A stretch of 58,791 nt of DNA, taken from NCBI GenBank assembly GCA_016839445.1, contig JAEOUG010000046.1:1-58791 (forward strand). Direction: 5' to 3'. Of this stretch, positions 58,485 to 58,791 are shown piece after piece. The notes beneath the pieces were generated by a model that had not been told where the DNA came from, made no database searches, and saw only the letters and a list, made by a program, of their open reading frames with translations. This DNA comes from Candidatus Thorarchaeota archaeon (GTDB taxonomy: Archaea; Asgardarchaeota; Thorarchaeia; Thorarchaeales; Thorarchaeaceae). A program made the translations under genes and the position numbers. Positions within the stretch are counted from its first letter, which is position 1; the number at the start of each line of letters is the position of its first letter.

Positions 58485-58791
58485 TTACTTCTTGCGTCCG
58501 GTTCGTCTGGCTGCGATATTGCCAACCTTACGACCAGGAGGAGCATTTCTGCTCACTGTACTGGGACGACCAGGTGACTGGTGAGAACCGCCGCCGTGGG
58601 GGTGTGATGCTGCGTTCATCGCAGCGCCTCTGACCACCGGCCACTTGCGTGCCTTCACGCGAGTGTGATGGTACACTGTCCCAGCCTTCAGGAGAGGCTT
58701 CTCGGACCGGCCGCCACCTGACACTATGCCGATGGTTGCTCGGCACCGTGGACTGAAGGCCTTCTGCCTTCCGCTGGGAAGGCGCACCATG
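58485..58791 (-). CDS. rpl2: 50S ribosomal protein L2, C-terminal part (truncated by window end)
   Basis: [33 protein letters not shown]. Confidence 0.96.
   Translation of the reverse strand, partial: MVRLPSGRQKAFSPRCRATIGIVSGGGRSEKPLLKAGTVYHHTRVKARKWPVVRGAAMNAASHPHGGGSHQSPGRPSTVSRNAPPGRKVGNIAARRTGRKK

Noticed and set aside
1-58791. CRISPR arrays, IS elements, proviral genes, selenoprotein readthrough
   Set aside because: No regular repeat-spacer pattern, transposase/integrase motif or conserved in-frame TGA noticed by eye; subtle cases could be missed

Overview
58.8-kb, gene-dense archaeal chromosome segment. An Asgard origin, most plausibly Thorarchaeia, is an inference from the divergent archaeal 16S, H4MPT methyl-branch genes (ftr, fwdC, mch), RPC34/TFE-beta-like, Urm1-like, SmAP3-like, Gar1 and SRP19 genes and a cdrS-ftsZ2 pair. 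It holds the 5' half of a 16S rRNA gene, five CCA-encoding tRNAs (four with 37/38 introns), housekeeping genes (valS, pyrH, pyrB, polX, trm1, rlmE, acs, rpl2) and an accessory metabolic/surface-protein stretch (about 16-32 kb). I saw no CRISPR array, transposase or integrase. Best leads: (1) an unannotated ~200-nt multi-branch structured RNA candidate with C/D-like boxes at 32141-32339; (2) a split PEP-synthase/dikinase-type phosphotransfer module facing two uncharacterised genes (18036-21570); (3) a hairpin-5 nt-UCUCUUUU 3' element seen three times; (4) a membrane-anchored GH5-like protein apparently lacking both catalytic glutamates; (5) a 21-codon S8e-like ORF coupled to srp19. Protein calls come from motif recognition and RNA structures from manual pairing; no searches or folding programs were run.
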